Numbered from the stretch's first letter, positions 1 to 10,605 are shown. The stretch: 64,000 bases of DNA from Promethearchaeota archaeon (GCA_048939995.1 JBHLOY010000001.1:128001-192000); one strand, 5' to 3'. Translations and numbers: made by a program. The notes: a model not told the origin generated them from the letters alone.

Positions 1-3000
1 TAATTTAATATAAAAAGTTTCTTCTACCAATCTTCTATTTAAACCGAGAGAATTAAGAAACTTTTCTATCTTTAACTTGATATTACTTATTTGTTCCTTA
101 ATTTTTATTAAAGCTAATCCATGGAGCAGGACTAACAATGAGCTTATATTAAAATCCTTCTTTTCAGAGATAGATATAGCACGATTTAAATATAAATCAG
201 CAGCAAGTTTAAAATCTTCATTTTCTAATGCAGTTAGGATATCTTCATAATAATATTTTCTCATAACAGTGCGTTTCTTTAAAAAAGCTCCTTTTTCTCT
301 CATAATTTCTGATTTTGTTTGTCGTAGATTAGCAAGATTTTGTTCAAGTTGTACTGAAGCAATGGTTTGTTGTCCTATTTCTTTTCTTGAAATTCCTGCT
401 GTTTCCTTTTGCAAAGAGATTTCTTCAGGTATTAATGATTTTATATATTCACTTTCTGGTCCAAATAGGGCCAGCTTTTTAATCAAACCGTTCAAAATAA
501 TTTCTACTAATTCATTTAAATCATTTTCCATTGCAAAAAATAACTCTTTTAGAATGTTGACTTCTGGTAAATCTTCAATTTTAGAATCATATTTTTCTAT
601 TTTAGTTAAATTATCATAAAATGCAGTTTTAGCACTAATAATATCTATCGCTTTAATTATTAATAGGGATCCTATTATAAGGCTAACTGTTGCTTGTTTA
701 TAAAATTTTTTTTCCATTAATTGGGGGATAATATTAATATAATCTGTTGCTGCTTTTTGGTATTTTTTATTTAAAAGGTCTTCCAAAGCATGCCTCCAAT
801 ATTGATTTTTCATTAGTTTTCTCTTTGCAATGTCAGATTTTTCTAATTGGATATTTTCAACCAATTTATTGACTTTTTCCTTTAATTTATCTATTTCGAC
901 TAAACTGTTTATAATAGCTTTGCTTATTTCCACAGTTTTATCTTTCTCTAAAAGTTCTTCTTCTTCTCTAAATAAGGGTAAATTTTCAAAGAAATTTACA
1001 TAGTCTTTAAGATTGAAACTTTTTAGTAGCTTGTTTAAATCGATAAGATATTCAATTAATGTGATTGAAAATGTTTCTGACAATAATCTAACTAAGTTTG
1101 GAAATTTTTCTTTGATTCTTTTTAAAAAAGGCTCAATTAAAGCAAATTTATCTTGTTTAATTAAGATAAGAGCAATTATCGCTAAGGATACTCCAGCTAG
1201 GTTATATTGTCTTATGTTAATTAATTGGTTAACGCTCTCTTCATATTTTTCAATGGCTTTATCATATTCTTCAGATATCAGGAATTTTAAAGCCTCGTCA
1301 AAATATGCTCTTTTATATGCTTTTCTTTGTCGAAGTTCGTTATGACGATCTATTAAAGCATCTCTTGCTTTCTTTTCAATAAAAGATAATCTTTCTTTTA
1401 GAGCTTCTTTCTTGAAATCTTCTTCTGCCTTCCTAATCTCAATTGCACTCTTTTCAGACTCTAACTTCTCGATTTTTTTATTGATTTCTACTTTAATTTT
1501 GCTATCATCAATTCGGTCATTAATAGCATGAGCTCCCGATAAATTTCCAAATTCAATATATCTTTCAGCGATGATCTTATAGATTTCATTAAGATCAATT
1601 TTTATATTTTCTAAATAGGCTAGGGAAATTTCTGATGCTTTATTTACTAAATTCAATGTTTGTTCGATTCCCGGCACTGTTTTTTCAGATTCTAAGATTT
1701 GAAGGGCGTTTGACTTTATCACTTCAACAAATTCTTCTGCAATGGTTTGTGCTTGTTCATATAGTTCTTGATCTCTATATATCTTTATTGAACTTTCAAA
1801 AATTCGTTCTAATTCCTGATATTTTTTTTCTTTTTTTATTTCCTTTAATTTTTTAATAATAATTTGAAAATTTTTTATCAAGTATCTCTCTTTTGTTGTT
1901 TCAGATAACTCTGTAAATATTGGAAAGAATTGGTTCATAAATTTTCCCATTAGTAGGGTATCAAGTGATTTTCCAAGCAATTCTTCTTGAACTTCTTCTT
2001 TTCCGATACTTTTCATTAAATCTGCTTGAAATCTTATTCTTTCAGCTGCTTTGATGAATTCATTACTCTCGATTAGTATTTTAGCTTCCTTAATTATCTG
2101 CTCATTCATATTTGTTATTATTTTCGATTCTTCTTCAACAAATTCCTTTATAACCTTGACTGCGTTTTCAAGATTCTCTTGTATTTCCTTTCTCTTAAAT
2201 TCCTTAGCCTCTTCCTCTATTTTTTCCCTTAACATGGTTAATTGCTTCTTTACTGATAAAGAATTTAACTTGTTCATTAAATCAGTAGCCGACCCAAAAT
2301 TTAGCTCGTTAAGAAAAATCTTAATTAATTCCTCTAATAATTTATCAAGGTTGGCCTTTTTTACTCCATAAGATTCCCATAGATTTTCTATCTCATCATA
2401 GGTATATTTGGCAGCATAATTGTCCTTTTCTTTAATCTGTACTTCTAAAAGTTTAATAAGTATATCTACTTGCTTATAGGTAAACTTCTCTAAAAGATCA
2501 AAAAGCCCTTCTCTTTGATAAACTGTTATTGCCTTATAGATTTGATCTTTTGCCTCAATTAATTTTTCATTTTTAACTAAAAAATTAGCAGCAGCTATTA
2601 ACTTATCATCAATCTCGTTTAAAATCGTAAGAACGTTATTATGTGGCAAGCTATTTAGAATTTTAAAAGAGTTTTCAACCTTACAAGCAGATATCCATGA
2701 ATTGATTGCCAATTTAAAGGTTTCATTACTAAGTTCTATATCTTTTAATTCTAACGTTGCCCATTGAGCTGCTGCTAAATACTGTTTAGCTGCAGATTCA
2801 AAATCTCTCTTATTGAATAGTTTATTTCCCTCTAAAATGATTGATTCAGCATATAATTTTTTAAAGTTTTCAGATTTCTCTTTATCTATATTACTTATAA
2901 TTTTCGAGGCTTCTAAATATAAATTTACTTTTGAAAAGAGTAGAGCAGCTTGCTCACTAATGACATAAAATTCAGTTTTATTAAAAATATCCGCAATCAT

Positions 3001-3594
3001 AGCTGCTTTTCGAATAGTCTGAGCGGCATAAAAATACTGTTGCCTTTCAAAGTACAAATTTGCTAATAAGATAAAAATTGGAAATCGCATCCAAGCATTT
3101 TCAATATTCAAGGGTGTATCCCCAGTTATCATCGCTAAACATAGACATTGAAGGGGTTGATAAAACTCTTTTGGGGAAACATTGACAAAACCTTCTAATT
3201 GAGGATATTTTAACCATAAATTTTCAAGTAATTCATTTGTCGAGATGGGAATTATCCCATCAGGATTATAATATAATATAACCATGGGAATATCTCTTTT
3301 TACTGAATCAATAATTGGAAGAATTAGATCAAAATATTCTAATTCCTCGTTGTTTTGTGGATTTAGAAAATATATTATACCATCAGCCTCTGGAAGAATA
3401 TCATCAAAGTTGGTATTTATCATATCACAGATGAGATCAACTTCTAAATCGCAAACATCTTCAAACACGTTAATTTCATTATACCATAATAAAATATTGT
3501 CTTTTTCTTCACCATTCTCAATAAATGCATTAGAAATGAAATAGGGAGTATATTCCACATTCCCTAAAATTAATATCTTGAAAATATAGCGCAT
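1..3594 (-). CDS. Large protein (>1198 aa, runs off window edge): N-terminal degenerate small-GTPase-like domain followed by TPR/SNAP-like alpha-helical solenoid
   Basis: Absent from ORF track because it has no stop in the window. ATG at 3594 gives MRYIFKILILGNVEYTPYFISNAF...ADGIIYFLNP...RDIPMVIYYYNPD, then helical repeats (EGNKLFNKRDFESAAKQYLAAAQW). Frame spot-checked open at several places down to position 1. Confidence 0.8.
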   Translation of the reverse strand, partial: MRYIFKILILGNVEYTPYFISNAFIENGEEKDNILLWYNEINVFEDVCDLEVDLICDMINTNFDDILPEADGIIYFLNPQNNEELEYFDLILPIIDSVKRDIPMVILYYNPDGIIPISTNELLENLWLKYPQLEGFVNVSPKEFYQPLQCLCLAMITGDTPLNIENAWMRFPIFILLANLYFERQQYFYAAQTIRKAAMIADIFNKTEFYVISEQAALLFSKVNLYLEASKIISNIDKEKSENFKKLYAESIILEGNKLFNKRDFESAAKQYLAAAQWATLELKDIELSNETFKLAINSWISACKVENSFKILNSLPHNNVLTILNEIDDKLIAAANFLVKNEKLIEAKDQIYKAITVYQREGLFDLLEKFTYKQVDILIKLLEVQIKEKDNYAAKYTYDEIENLWESYGVKKANLDKLLEELIKIFLNELNFGSATDLMNKLNSLSVKKQLTMLREKIEEEAKEFKRKEIQENLENAVKVIKEFVEEESKIITNMNEQIIKEAKILIESNEFIKAAERIRFQADLMKSIGKEEVQEELLGKSLDTLLMGKFMNQFFPIFTELSETTKERYLIKNFQIIIKKLKEIKKEKKYQELERIFESSIKIYRDQELYEQAQTIAEEFVEVIKSNALQILESEKTVPGIEQTLNLVNKASEISLAYLENIKIDLNEIYKIIAERYIEFGNLSGAHAINDRIDDSKIKVEINKKIEKLESEKSAIEIRKAEEDFKKEALKERLSFIEKKARDALIDRHNELRQRKAYKRAYFDEALKFLISEEYDKAIEKYEESVNQLINIRQYNLAGVSLAIIALILIKQDKFALIEPFLKRIKEKFPNLVRLLSETFSITLIEYLIDLNKLLKSFNLKDYVNFFENLPLFREEEELLEKDKTVEISKAIINSLVEIDKLKEKVNKLVENIQLEKSDIAKRKLMKNQYWRHALEDLLNKKYQKAATDYINIIPQLMEKKFYKQATVSLIIGSLLIIKAIDIISAKTAFYDNLTKIEKYDSKIEDLPEVNILKELFFAMENDLNELVEIILNGLIKKLALFGPESEYIKSLIPEEISLQKETAGISRKEIGQQTIASVQLEQNLANLRQTKSEIMREKGAFLKKRTVMRKYYYEDILTALENEDFKLAADLYLNRAISISEKKDFNISSLLVLLHGLALIKIKEQISNIKLKIEKFLNSLGLNRRLVEETFYIKL

Positions 3595-3783
3595 TTTAAT
3601 CTATTTTTTCTTTCCTATAATTATTAGGATGTATTAGAATGTATTTCAAATTAACTATAAAAGAATGAATAGAAATTAACTTAACAAATCTTTAAAACTA
3701 TTATAATTATTAAAAATTATTAAATTAATTTTTCCTTTTATTTATCTAATATATTTATCATTTGCAGTAATAGGGATTTAATA

Positions 3784-4449
3784 ATGACTTACATCGAACG
3801 CAATTCGCATATAGTTGAAGCACGAATGATTGAACAAATGGAGAAGTCTTTTAAGTTAGGAAGAGAATTAATAGATACTGAATTAGATACTGGGATCCTC
3901 AATTTCATTGTCAAACCATTAGTAAAAACTTTTTATGATTATTGGACTCAAAATGACGCTCGATATGGTACATTAAAACAGATTAAAGTGACTCTAGAAG
4001 CGGGAAAAAGATTGATAGTTGATAAAAATTCTAAAGATGATTTCAATAATGTAATAGAAGAGCTTTTTCCTAAATATCTTAAAGCAGATCAAACTACACA
4101 TCAATGTAGAAAATCTCACAAAAATTACAATAAATTGGTTGAGATCACAAGAAAAACTTTTATTAATTATGTAAAAGAAGTTACCACATTTTTGGAGGTT
4201 AAAGAAGAAGTTAAAGATTACGGTGATCTGTGCAGAATGGCGTTCACTACCAAAGAAAACGCTCAAAGGAATTTGATAAGACAATTAGATTACACGGATG
4301 AGGCAATAAGTTTAATTGAAGAAGATCCAAGTATTCTAAATATACCTGTGGCTAAAAGAATTATCGTAAAAGTTTTACGGAAAGGGTTTGAACGAACAAG
4401 GAAAGAATTCATGCAAGCCTTAAATGATACTTATAATCAAGAACATTAG
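3784..4449 (+). CDS. Hypothetical alpha-helical protein, tandem paralog A
   Basis: 221-aa ORF, homologous along its length to the next ORF (Y.ERN; LD.GILN..VKP.VK.FY.YW; GTL.QIKVTL; KVLR.GFE.T). Confidence 0.85.
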   Translation: MTYIERNSHIVEARMIEQMEKSFKLGRELIDTELDTGILNFIVKPLVKTFYDYWTQNDARYGTLKQIKVTLEAGKRLIVDKNSKDDFNNVIEELFPKYLKADQTTHQCRKSHKNYNKLVEITRKTFINYVKEVTTFLEVKEEVKDYGDLCRMAFTTKENAQRNLIRQLDYTDEAISLIEEDPSILNIPVAKRIIVKVLRKGFERTRKEFMQALNDTYNQEH

Positions 4450-4553
4450 AAATATTAATTTTTTATGAATCTTTTTAAATCTTATAATCTATAATAATTA
4501 CCAATCTATGGCATTTATGGAGTTTAACAATAACTTGGAATTGAAATATTAAA

Positions 4554-5213
4554 ATGAGTTATTTAGAACGTAACTATTTGATTTTAGAGGAAAGAATGAA
4601 AGAACAGACCGAAATCTCTTTAAATTTTGGAAAATCTTTATTAGATAGCGAGTTAGATTTAGGGATATTAAATGTTGTTGTTAAACCAGTTGTTAAATCT
4701 TTTTATCAATATTGGGGTAAAGATGCTCGAAAGGGTACATTAGAGCAAATTAAAGTAACTCTAAATACTGCTAAGGCACTTATAGAAGATGGTAATTATT
4801 CAGAAGAAAAATTTAATCAACTAATTGATAAAAATTTCATTATCTATCTTCAGAATGATCAGACTGATCGTCAGTGTAAAAGAGATCATAAGAATTATCG
4901 TAACTTAAAAGAAATTACAAAGAATTGCTTTATTACACAAGTTCAAGAGAGTATTTTACTTCTAAACGTTAAGGAAGATAATGTAAAAACTTATGATGAG
5001 TTATCCCGAGCTGCATTTAAAACAAAAGAAAAAGCATTTAATGCTTTAAAAAGACAGTTAGATTTTAATGAGGCCGGTATAGAAATAGTGGAAAAAGATC
5101 CTTCCATTCTAAAAGTACTAGCTGGTAAAAATATAATCTTAAAGGTTCTTCGTAGAGGGTTCGAATTAACAAAGGAAAATTTACTAGAGGAATTGGATAC
5201 AATATTTAATTAA
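4554..5213 (+). CDS. Hypothetical alpha-helical protein, tandem paralog B
   Basis: 219-aa ORF, paralog of 3784..4449. Confidence 0.85.
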   Translation: MSYLERNYLILEERMKEQTEISLNFGKSLLDSELDLGILNVVVKPVVKSFYQYWGKDARKGTLEQIKVTLNTAKALIEDGNYSEEKFNQLIDKNFIIYLQNDQTDRQCKRDHKNYRNLKEITKNCFITQVQESILLLNVKEDNVKTYDELSRAAFKTKEKAFNALKRQLDFNEAGIEIVEKDPSILKVLAGKNIILKVLRRGFELTKENLLEELDTIFN

Positions 5214-5234
5214 AAAATTAAAAATGGTTAAACT

Positions 5235-6812
5235 TTGGATCATTCAATAAATAATGAAGAAAAGAAAAATCATGACCAAAATGATTTTAAGCGTAAGTTT
5301 TTTGTGAATATCTTTATTGAAATTTTTATTATTATGTGTTATTTATATGTATCAGAGCTTTTTGGTTCTATTTCCACCCCTTTTATTACATCTCACAATT
5401 TTTCAGTGAACTTTAGTTTAACTTTATTTATATTTTCTTTCTTTTCAGTATTAGCAGGTTCTTTGCATGGATTTATTTCTGGTTTTATAAGTGAATTATT
5501 ATTTCAATTATCTTTCTATTCCTCCATTCATTTGGATTGGATAATAATAATTTCATTATATGGTTTAATTTGTGGATCTTACCAATACAAACCATTAATA
5601 TATAAAAATCCTAAAAAAATATTGAATACAATTTTCATTTTAATTATTTCTTCTTTAATCGCTTTTTTAGTAATCATTTTCTTTCAATTCATCTTAAATA
5701 TAGGTGTAATTAACTTTTATGTTGTTCTGATTAATTATGGTGTTAAATTCTTAATTTTGGCTTTAATTTCTGTAGTTTTTTTTATCCCGATTTTATTATA
5801 CATATATGATTGGTATTTAGCCAAGGAAGAACGACACGTGTATAATTTGATTTTAACTCACCATCCAATCTCCGCTAGTGACCATACTTTTTATTTAAAA
5901 TTTGGAAGAACAAAAATTTATTTTTGTTCTAGGTGTTCGGGTGTAATTATTGGAGGGATAATCGCAGTATTTTTTTTCCATTTAATAGATTTGATTTTTA
6001 ATATATCGATTAGTCCTGAAATTGCTTTAATTCTAGTAATTTGCATTCCTATTCCCGGTTTGATAGACTGGGGTACCCAAAGACTACTATTGAGAAAAAG
6101 TACGACTTCTTCAAGACTGCTAACGGGATTTATAATTGGTATTGGACTTAATTTAATTAATTTTACTTATAAATACTATTTTATAACCATAACAATTATT
6201 GCAGTATATTTTTCTGTTCTTTTCTTATTAATGTTTTTTGGATATAGAAAGGAATTAAAAAAATTTCGTGAAGAACTAAATTCTGGTTATTATACAAGTG
6301 AATATAATATTATTTTTATTCATGGACTCGAAAGTTCTGGTAAAGGATTTAAAGGGAGGTATTTAAAATCAATATTTCCAAATATTCTTACACCAGATTT
6401 CAAAAGTTATGATTCTAAACAAAGTCTAAAATCAATATTATATGAAAGAATGATGCAATTAAATACTATTTTAGAGGAACAAAATAATTGGATAATTATA
6501 GGATCCAGTTTTGGAGGATTAATGGGTGCGTTATATGCCTTGCAGAATCCAGAAAAAGTTGAGCGCTTAATCTTATTCGCCCCATTTTTAGTAGAGGAAG
6601 AATTAATAGATATGAAATTAGAGCCAATCCGAATTCCTGTTATTGTATATCATGGCAAAAATGATGATGTGGTTCCAATAGATGAAGTGATGGCAAGAGC
6701 TAAAAAGTTGTTTAGAAATCTTGATTATAATATAGTCGACGACAATCATTATCTTCACTCCACTCTCAAACAAATAAACTGGAGAGATATGTTCACGCAA
6801 TTTAATTTATGA
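5235..6812 (+). CDS. Membrane protein: ECF S-component-like TM region + DUF2085-like domain + C-terminal alpha/beta hydrolase (YqiA-like)
   Basis: About 10 hydrophobic segments; GSLHGFISGFISE; YFCSRCSG and IDWGTQ; hydrolase motifs IFIHGLES, GSSFGG, HGKNDDVVP, DDNH. Confidence 0.7.
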   Translation: MDHSINNEEKKNHDQNDFKRKFFVNIFIEIFIIMCYLYVSELFGSISTPFITSHNFSVNFSLTLFIFSFFSVLAGSLHGFISGFISELLFQLSFYSSIHLDWIIIISLYGLICGSYQYKPLIYKNPKKILNTIFILIISSLIAFLVIIFFQFILNIGVINFYVVLINYGVKFLILALISVVFFIPILLYIYDWYLAKEERHVYNLILTHHPISASDHTFYLKFGRTKIYFCSRCSGVIIGGIIAVFFFHLIDLIFNISISPEIALILVICIPIPGLIDWGTQRLLLRKSTTSSRLLTGFIIGIGLNLINFTYKYYFITITIIAVYFSVLFLLMFFGYRKELKKFREELNSGYYTSEYNIIFIHGLESSGKGFKGRYLKSIFPNILTPDFKSYDSKQSLKSILYERMMQLNTILEEQNNWIIIGSSFGGLMGALYALQNPEKVERLILFAPFLVEEELIDMKLEPIRIPVIVYHGKNDDVVPIDEVMARAKKLFRNLDYNIVDDNHYLHSTLKQINWRDMFTQFNL

Positions 6813-6857
6813 ATTTAGTATGTTATCATAAGAGTTAACGTTTAAAAAATTGGTCCT

Positions 6858-6882
6858 AAAAATTGGTCTCCAATTTTTTTTT
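6858..6882 (+). terminator. Short hairpin plus T-tract downstream of the 5235..6812 gene
   Basis: AAAAATTGG-TCT-CCAATTTTT followed by more Ts; AAAAATTGGTC is also directly repeated at 6845 and 6858. Confidence 0.35.
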
Positions 6883-7001
6883 AATTCAGAAAATATATAT
6901 TTTATTTATATAAAATAGTATCTCTAAAACGATCGATTAGTCTGTTTTTAAAAATGAAAAAAAAATAAATTCAATTATAAATATATTAGTGTGATATTCG
7001 G

Positions 7002-8654
7002 ATGGTTAAAGAAAAATTATTTGTATGTCGTGAGTGCGGATTTGTATTTCCTAAGGAATTGTCTGAACTCATTGAGTCCAGAACTCAAGTTTACTGTGAA
7101 AGTTGTGGTACACCATTTTCCTTAGAGGGAATTACATTTAAACAACCAGAATTAAAATATCCTAAAAAGCCTATTTTAAAATCTCCGACATACCTAATAA
7201 CTGATAAGAGTAAATCAAAATTAAGTGAAGCTATTAAGAAATTCAATAAGTTTGCTTACTTGCCCATTTTGATATTCTCCGGCATTTTTATTGGTTTTTT
7301 ATTTGAGATATTTATTGATCCAAATAACTGGATTAACATTCTAATTAGTCATTTATCTCTTGGTATAGCAGGATTATTAATAGTTGTATATGACATTAAT
7401 TATATTTCACCCAGAATTGAATCAGAGAAATATGATGAGATCTTATTAGATGCTTTTTGTTTCGGTATATTGGGTTGTATTATTTTTGGTGTAGGGGTTC
7501 TTCTTTTGGTAAAGGGGATTTTAATAATTATCTATGTGATCTTAAATTCTAAAGAAAAAACATACAAAGTTTACAATTTTGGGCTAAAATTAAAGAATTC
7601 ATTAAATGAATTTTCTGCTAAAGCGGGAATAATAATTGCTTTTATGGTTCTATATAGATTCGCTCTAATAAACTTTGATGCTAAATTTATAATAAATATA
7701 GTTGATTTTATTTCTCAGAGAATTAGTAGTTTGGATCAATGGGTAGCATTTACAATTATCTCGATAACCTTAGCAATATATTGCTTCATTCCATTCTTAG
7801 TTCTTATTATTGATACGCGAAGAAGAGAGAAAATTAGAGAGAAGATATTAATCTCATTTAAAATGGCAATCGGTACGATTATCTTAGGAATTTTTGGTAC
7901 GATCTTTTTCGCCATAGGAATTTTCATTTTATTAAAAGGGATACTAATGTTTTTCTTAGCTGCTGGAAAACCAGCAGATTATTCAAAATTTCAAGAAGCT
8001 GTTGGTATGAAAGAAGTTAAGTATCCGGAAGATAGAAAGGAAGAAAAGCCTGAAAAATTAATCCCTAAGGAAGATTATATTATTCCTAAAGAAGAGAAAG
8101 TTGAAAGTTTAGAAGAGTTACGTGGAGTAGAATCAAAAGTGGAGTTACCCGATAAAGAAGTCGAAGAAAGCCCTATTACTAAAGTAGATGAGAAATCTGT
8201 TCAGATCGAAGAAGAGGTTATTAAAGAGAAAGAACCCATAGAAATTGAATCAGTTACGAAAGAACCAGAAACAGATGTAGATAAATTAAGGCTCCACGAT
8301 TCTTTACTCCCAGTAAAAGATGAAAAGGATAAAAAAGTTGTTAAGGAGTACTTCTCGAAAATCTTTACAGTTCTATCAAAGGAGATTAGAAGGCAAATAA
8401 ACGACCTCAAAATACCTAAAAAAGAAAAGAAAGATATTCTAAAAGAATTAGCTTTCTTAACGAAAGAGGAACAAGCTAAATATATTGAAGGTTTAGTAGA
8501 GATATATAAAGAACTTCCAGAAAAGTTAATCGAAAGAATTAAGAAACTTCCAAATGTGAAACCTCAGCATTATAACAAGATTATTGAACAATTGAGATAT
8601 ATGAATGCAGAGGAACAAGTTAATTTTATACATTTTTTAGAGGAAAATGCGTAA
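7002..8654 (+). CDS. Zn-ribbon membrane protein with charged linker and duplicated C-terminal helical domain
   Basis: CREC...CESC at N-terminus, multiple TM segments, E/K-rich linker, two ~42-aa helical repeats at C-terminus. Confidence 0.8.
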   Translation: MVKEKLFVCRECGFVFPKELSELIESRTQVYCESCGTPFSLEGITFKQPELKYPKKPILKSPTYLITDKSKSKLSEAIKKFNKFAYLPILIFSGIFIGFLFEIFIDPNNWINILISHLSLGIAGLLIVVYDINYISPRIESEKYDEILLDAFCFGILGCIIFGVGVLLLVKGILIIIYVILNSKEKTYKVYNFGLKLKNSLNEFSAKAGIIIAFMVLYRFALINFDAKFIINIVDFISQRISSLDQWVAFTIISITLAIYCFIPFLVLIIDTRRREKIREKILISFKMAIGTIILGIFGTIFFAIGIFILLKGILMFFLAAGKPADYSKFQEAVGMKEVKYPEDRKEEKPEKLIPKEDYIIPKEEKVESLEELRGVESKVELPDKEVEESPITKVDEKSVQIEEEVIKEKEPIEIESVTKEPETDVDKLRLHDSLLPVKDEKDKKVVKEYFSKIFTVLSKEIRRQINDLKIPKKEKKDILKELAFLTKEEQAKYIEGLVEIYKELPEKLIERIKKLPNVKPQHYNKIIEQLRYMNAEEQVNFIHFLEENA

Positions 8655-8670
8655 AAAGTAATGAATTACA

Positions 8671-9555
8671 ATGTCTCTTGAAAGAAAAAAGGAACCAAAA
8701 GAAACTAGGAAAGAAGAAATCTTACAGGAAAGTAAGTTTAGACGCCTAGATTTTACTCCTCTAAAAGAAGAAGAAAAGAGGGAAGTTCCCCCCCAATTTG
8801 ATGAATTAACTGAAATTGAGAGAGATGTTTTAAAAATCGCAAAGAATATTTTAAAATTAAAAAGATATGATGCAGATTTTGATTTAGAAATCGAAACAGA
8901 AGCAGAGCTACAGAAATATCCCATAATTGAGAAGTTATATGCCAAATGTATAGCAAAATTAGCATATAAAAAAGGATATAGTAAAGAGGATATATTTTTA
9001 GCTATAAGGAGTTTAGAAGATAAAACTTGGATTGTCACAAATGAAAGAAGAACAAAATTAGAAATTCTAAATAATGAAAAATTAGTTTCCATCCTAAATT
9101 TTATTGAATCTAATCCCGGCATTCATGCAAGGGATGAAAAAGTCGAAAAGGAATTAGATATTACAAGAACCCCTTTTTTGAAACATATTATGACCTTAGA
9201 GCGATTCAAACTTATACGTTCAAAAAAGATTGGAAAATCATTACATTATTTTGTGGTAGATATTCCAGAGGATTTTGATGAATTAAAAGTGATTTTTACA
9301 AACCCTCTAATTACGGATATTTTAGAAGAATTCGTTAAAGATGAGACCGTGTCAATATCTAGAATCGGTGAAATTCTTGATGTCTATTCTGGAACTATTC
9401 AATATCATATTAAAAAGATGAAGGAGATAGATTTAGTGAAATCTAGCAAAGATCAAAAAAATCAAACTATTCATATCGTAAACATTGAGTTACTAAAGAA
9501 ATACAATAATATCTTCAAGGAACCCGATTTTTCAAAATTACTGGATGGCTTATGA
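8671..9555 (+). CDS. Winged-HTH transcriptional regulator (tandem wHTH)
   Basis: ILNFIESNPGIH...KHIMTLERFKLIRSKKIG; ISRIGEILDVYSGTIQYHIKKMKEIDLV. Confidence 0.75.
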   Translation: MSLERKKEPKETRKEEILQESKFRRLDFTPLKEEEKREVPPQFDELTEIERDVLKIAKNILKLKRYDADFDLEIETEAELQKYPIIEKLYAKCIAKLAYKKGYSKEDIFLAIRSLEDKTWIVTNERRTKLEILNNEKLVSILNFIESNPGIHARDEKVEKELDITRTPFLKHIMTLERFKLIRSKKIGKSLHYFVVDIPEDFDELKVIFTNPLITDILEEFVKDETVSISRIGEILDVYSGTIQYHIKKMKEIDLVKSSKDQKNQTIHIVNIELLKKYNNIFKEPDFSKLLDGL

Positions 9556-9563
9556 ATTGTTCT

Positions 9564-10436
9564 TTAAATTAAAACTGATTTTATCTTGGGTAAAGAGCTT
9601 ATCAGTATTTTTATGGCAGTTTCAATCCCTTTCTCCATGTTAGGATGCAATTCATTCGAGTGGAGTAAATCATATTCAGGATGTCCTGGTAAATCTGAGA
9701 TTGAAAGGATTGATGCTGTCTTAAGATTGTATAACATTCCCAGTAAAAATAGTATAGATGATTCCATGTCTATTACCTTAACATTAATTGAATCCAAGAC
9801 TCTTACAAATTCGAAAGTTTCACAAAATAAAGCATCCGTTGTCCAGAGATCTGCTTCAATTGCTTTGATTAGAGAATTAGCTTCTCTTAATAATATTTCA
9901 TTTAAGATCTGATTAGGTTTAGAAATAAAAATTGTCTGATTGCCAGTAATAACATTTTGAATAGAAGATAAAGGATTGTTTATTGATTCTAATTGGTTTA
10001 CGATGCTTGGATTTGTACGGATATATTGTGGACTAGTTCCATCATCGCAATAAGCCAATCTTGGTATTACTATATTCCCTACTTCAATAATATCTTCTGT
10101 GTTTACAACTCCTCCACAGATATCGACTCTAATCACTATTTTTGCTTTAGATCTTTTTAGACATTCAATAACAAGAGCAGTATTGGGGCATCCCATTTGA
10201 GATCTTATTATGCTCACTTTTATTCCATTTAGAAAGCCATTATAAACTCTACCATGTGTAACTTTATTTTGTAGTTTTTGAATTAGTTTTTTCATTACAA
10301 TTTTTGTAGCTGGTAAAATAACAATTTCATTAACATTAGAGGAGGCTGTTTCTAAAATCATTCTCACGATTTTCTCATCAACACTAACAAATTTTAATCC
10401 AAAATTTAGTATCTCACTTTTTATTTTATTAAACAT
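9564..10436 (-). CDS. Purine/uridine nucleoside phosphorylase family protein
   Basis: MGCPNTALVIE, IRVDICGG, DDGTS, WTTDALF, IDMESS motifs. Confidence 0.8.
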   Translation of the reverse strand: MFNKIKSEILNFGLKFVSVDEKIVRMILETASSNVNEIVILPATKIVMKKLIQKLQNKVTHGRVYNGFLNGIKVSIIRSQMGCPNTALVIECLKRSKAKIVIRVDICGGVVNTEDIIEVGNIVIPRLAYCDDGTSPQYIRTNPSIVNQLESINNPLSSIQNVITGNQTIFISKPNQILNEILLREANSLIKAIEADLWTTDALFCETFEFVRVLDSINVKVIDMESSILFLLGMLYNLKTASILSISDLPGHPEYDLLHSNELHPNMEKGIETAIKILISSLPKIKSVLI

Positions 10437-10605
10437 TATTTATTCGATTTATATATTAATTAGATTTTAATTATATTTTATAAGCGGCTTGCTAATTAGA
10501 TTAGGACTTATATTTCTTAATAATAATTTTTAATATCTTAATAAAATACATTACTCTATAGTTATAAATTAGTAGGATACGTAGAATTTTAGGTGCCTCC
10601 TTAAA

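Noticed and set aside
269-3544. Plus-strand ORFs 269..619, 1013..1345, 1635..1856, 2051..2371, 3284..3544
   Set aside because: Antisense shadows of the long minus-strand ORF 1..3594.
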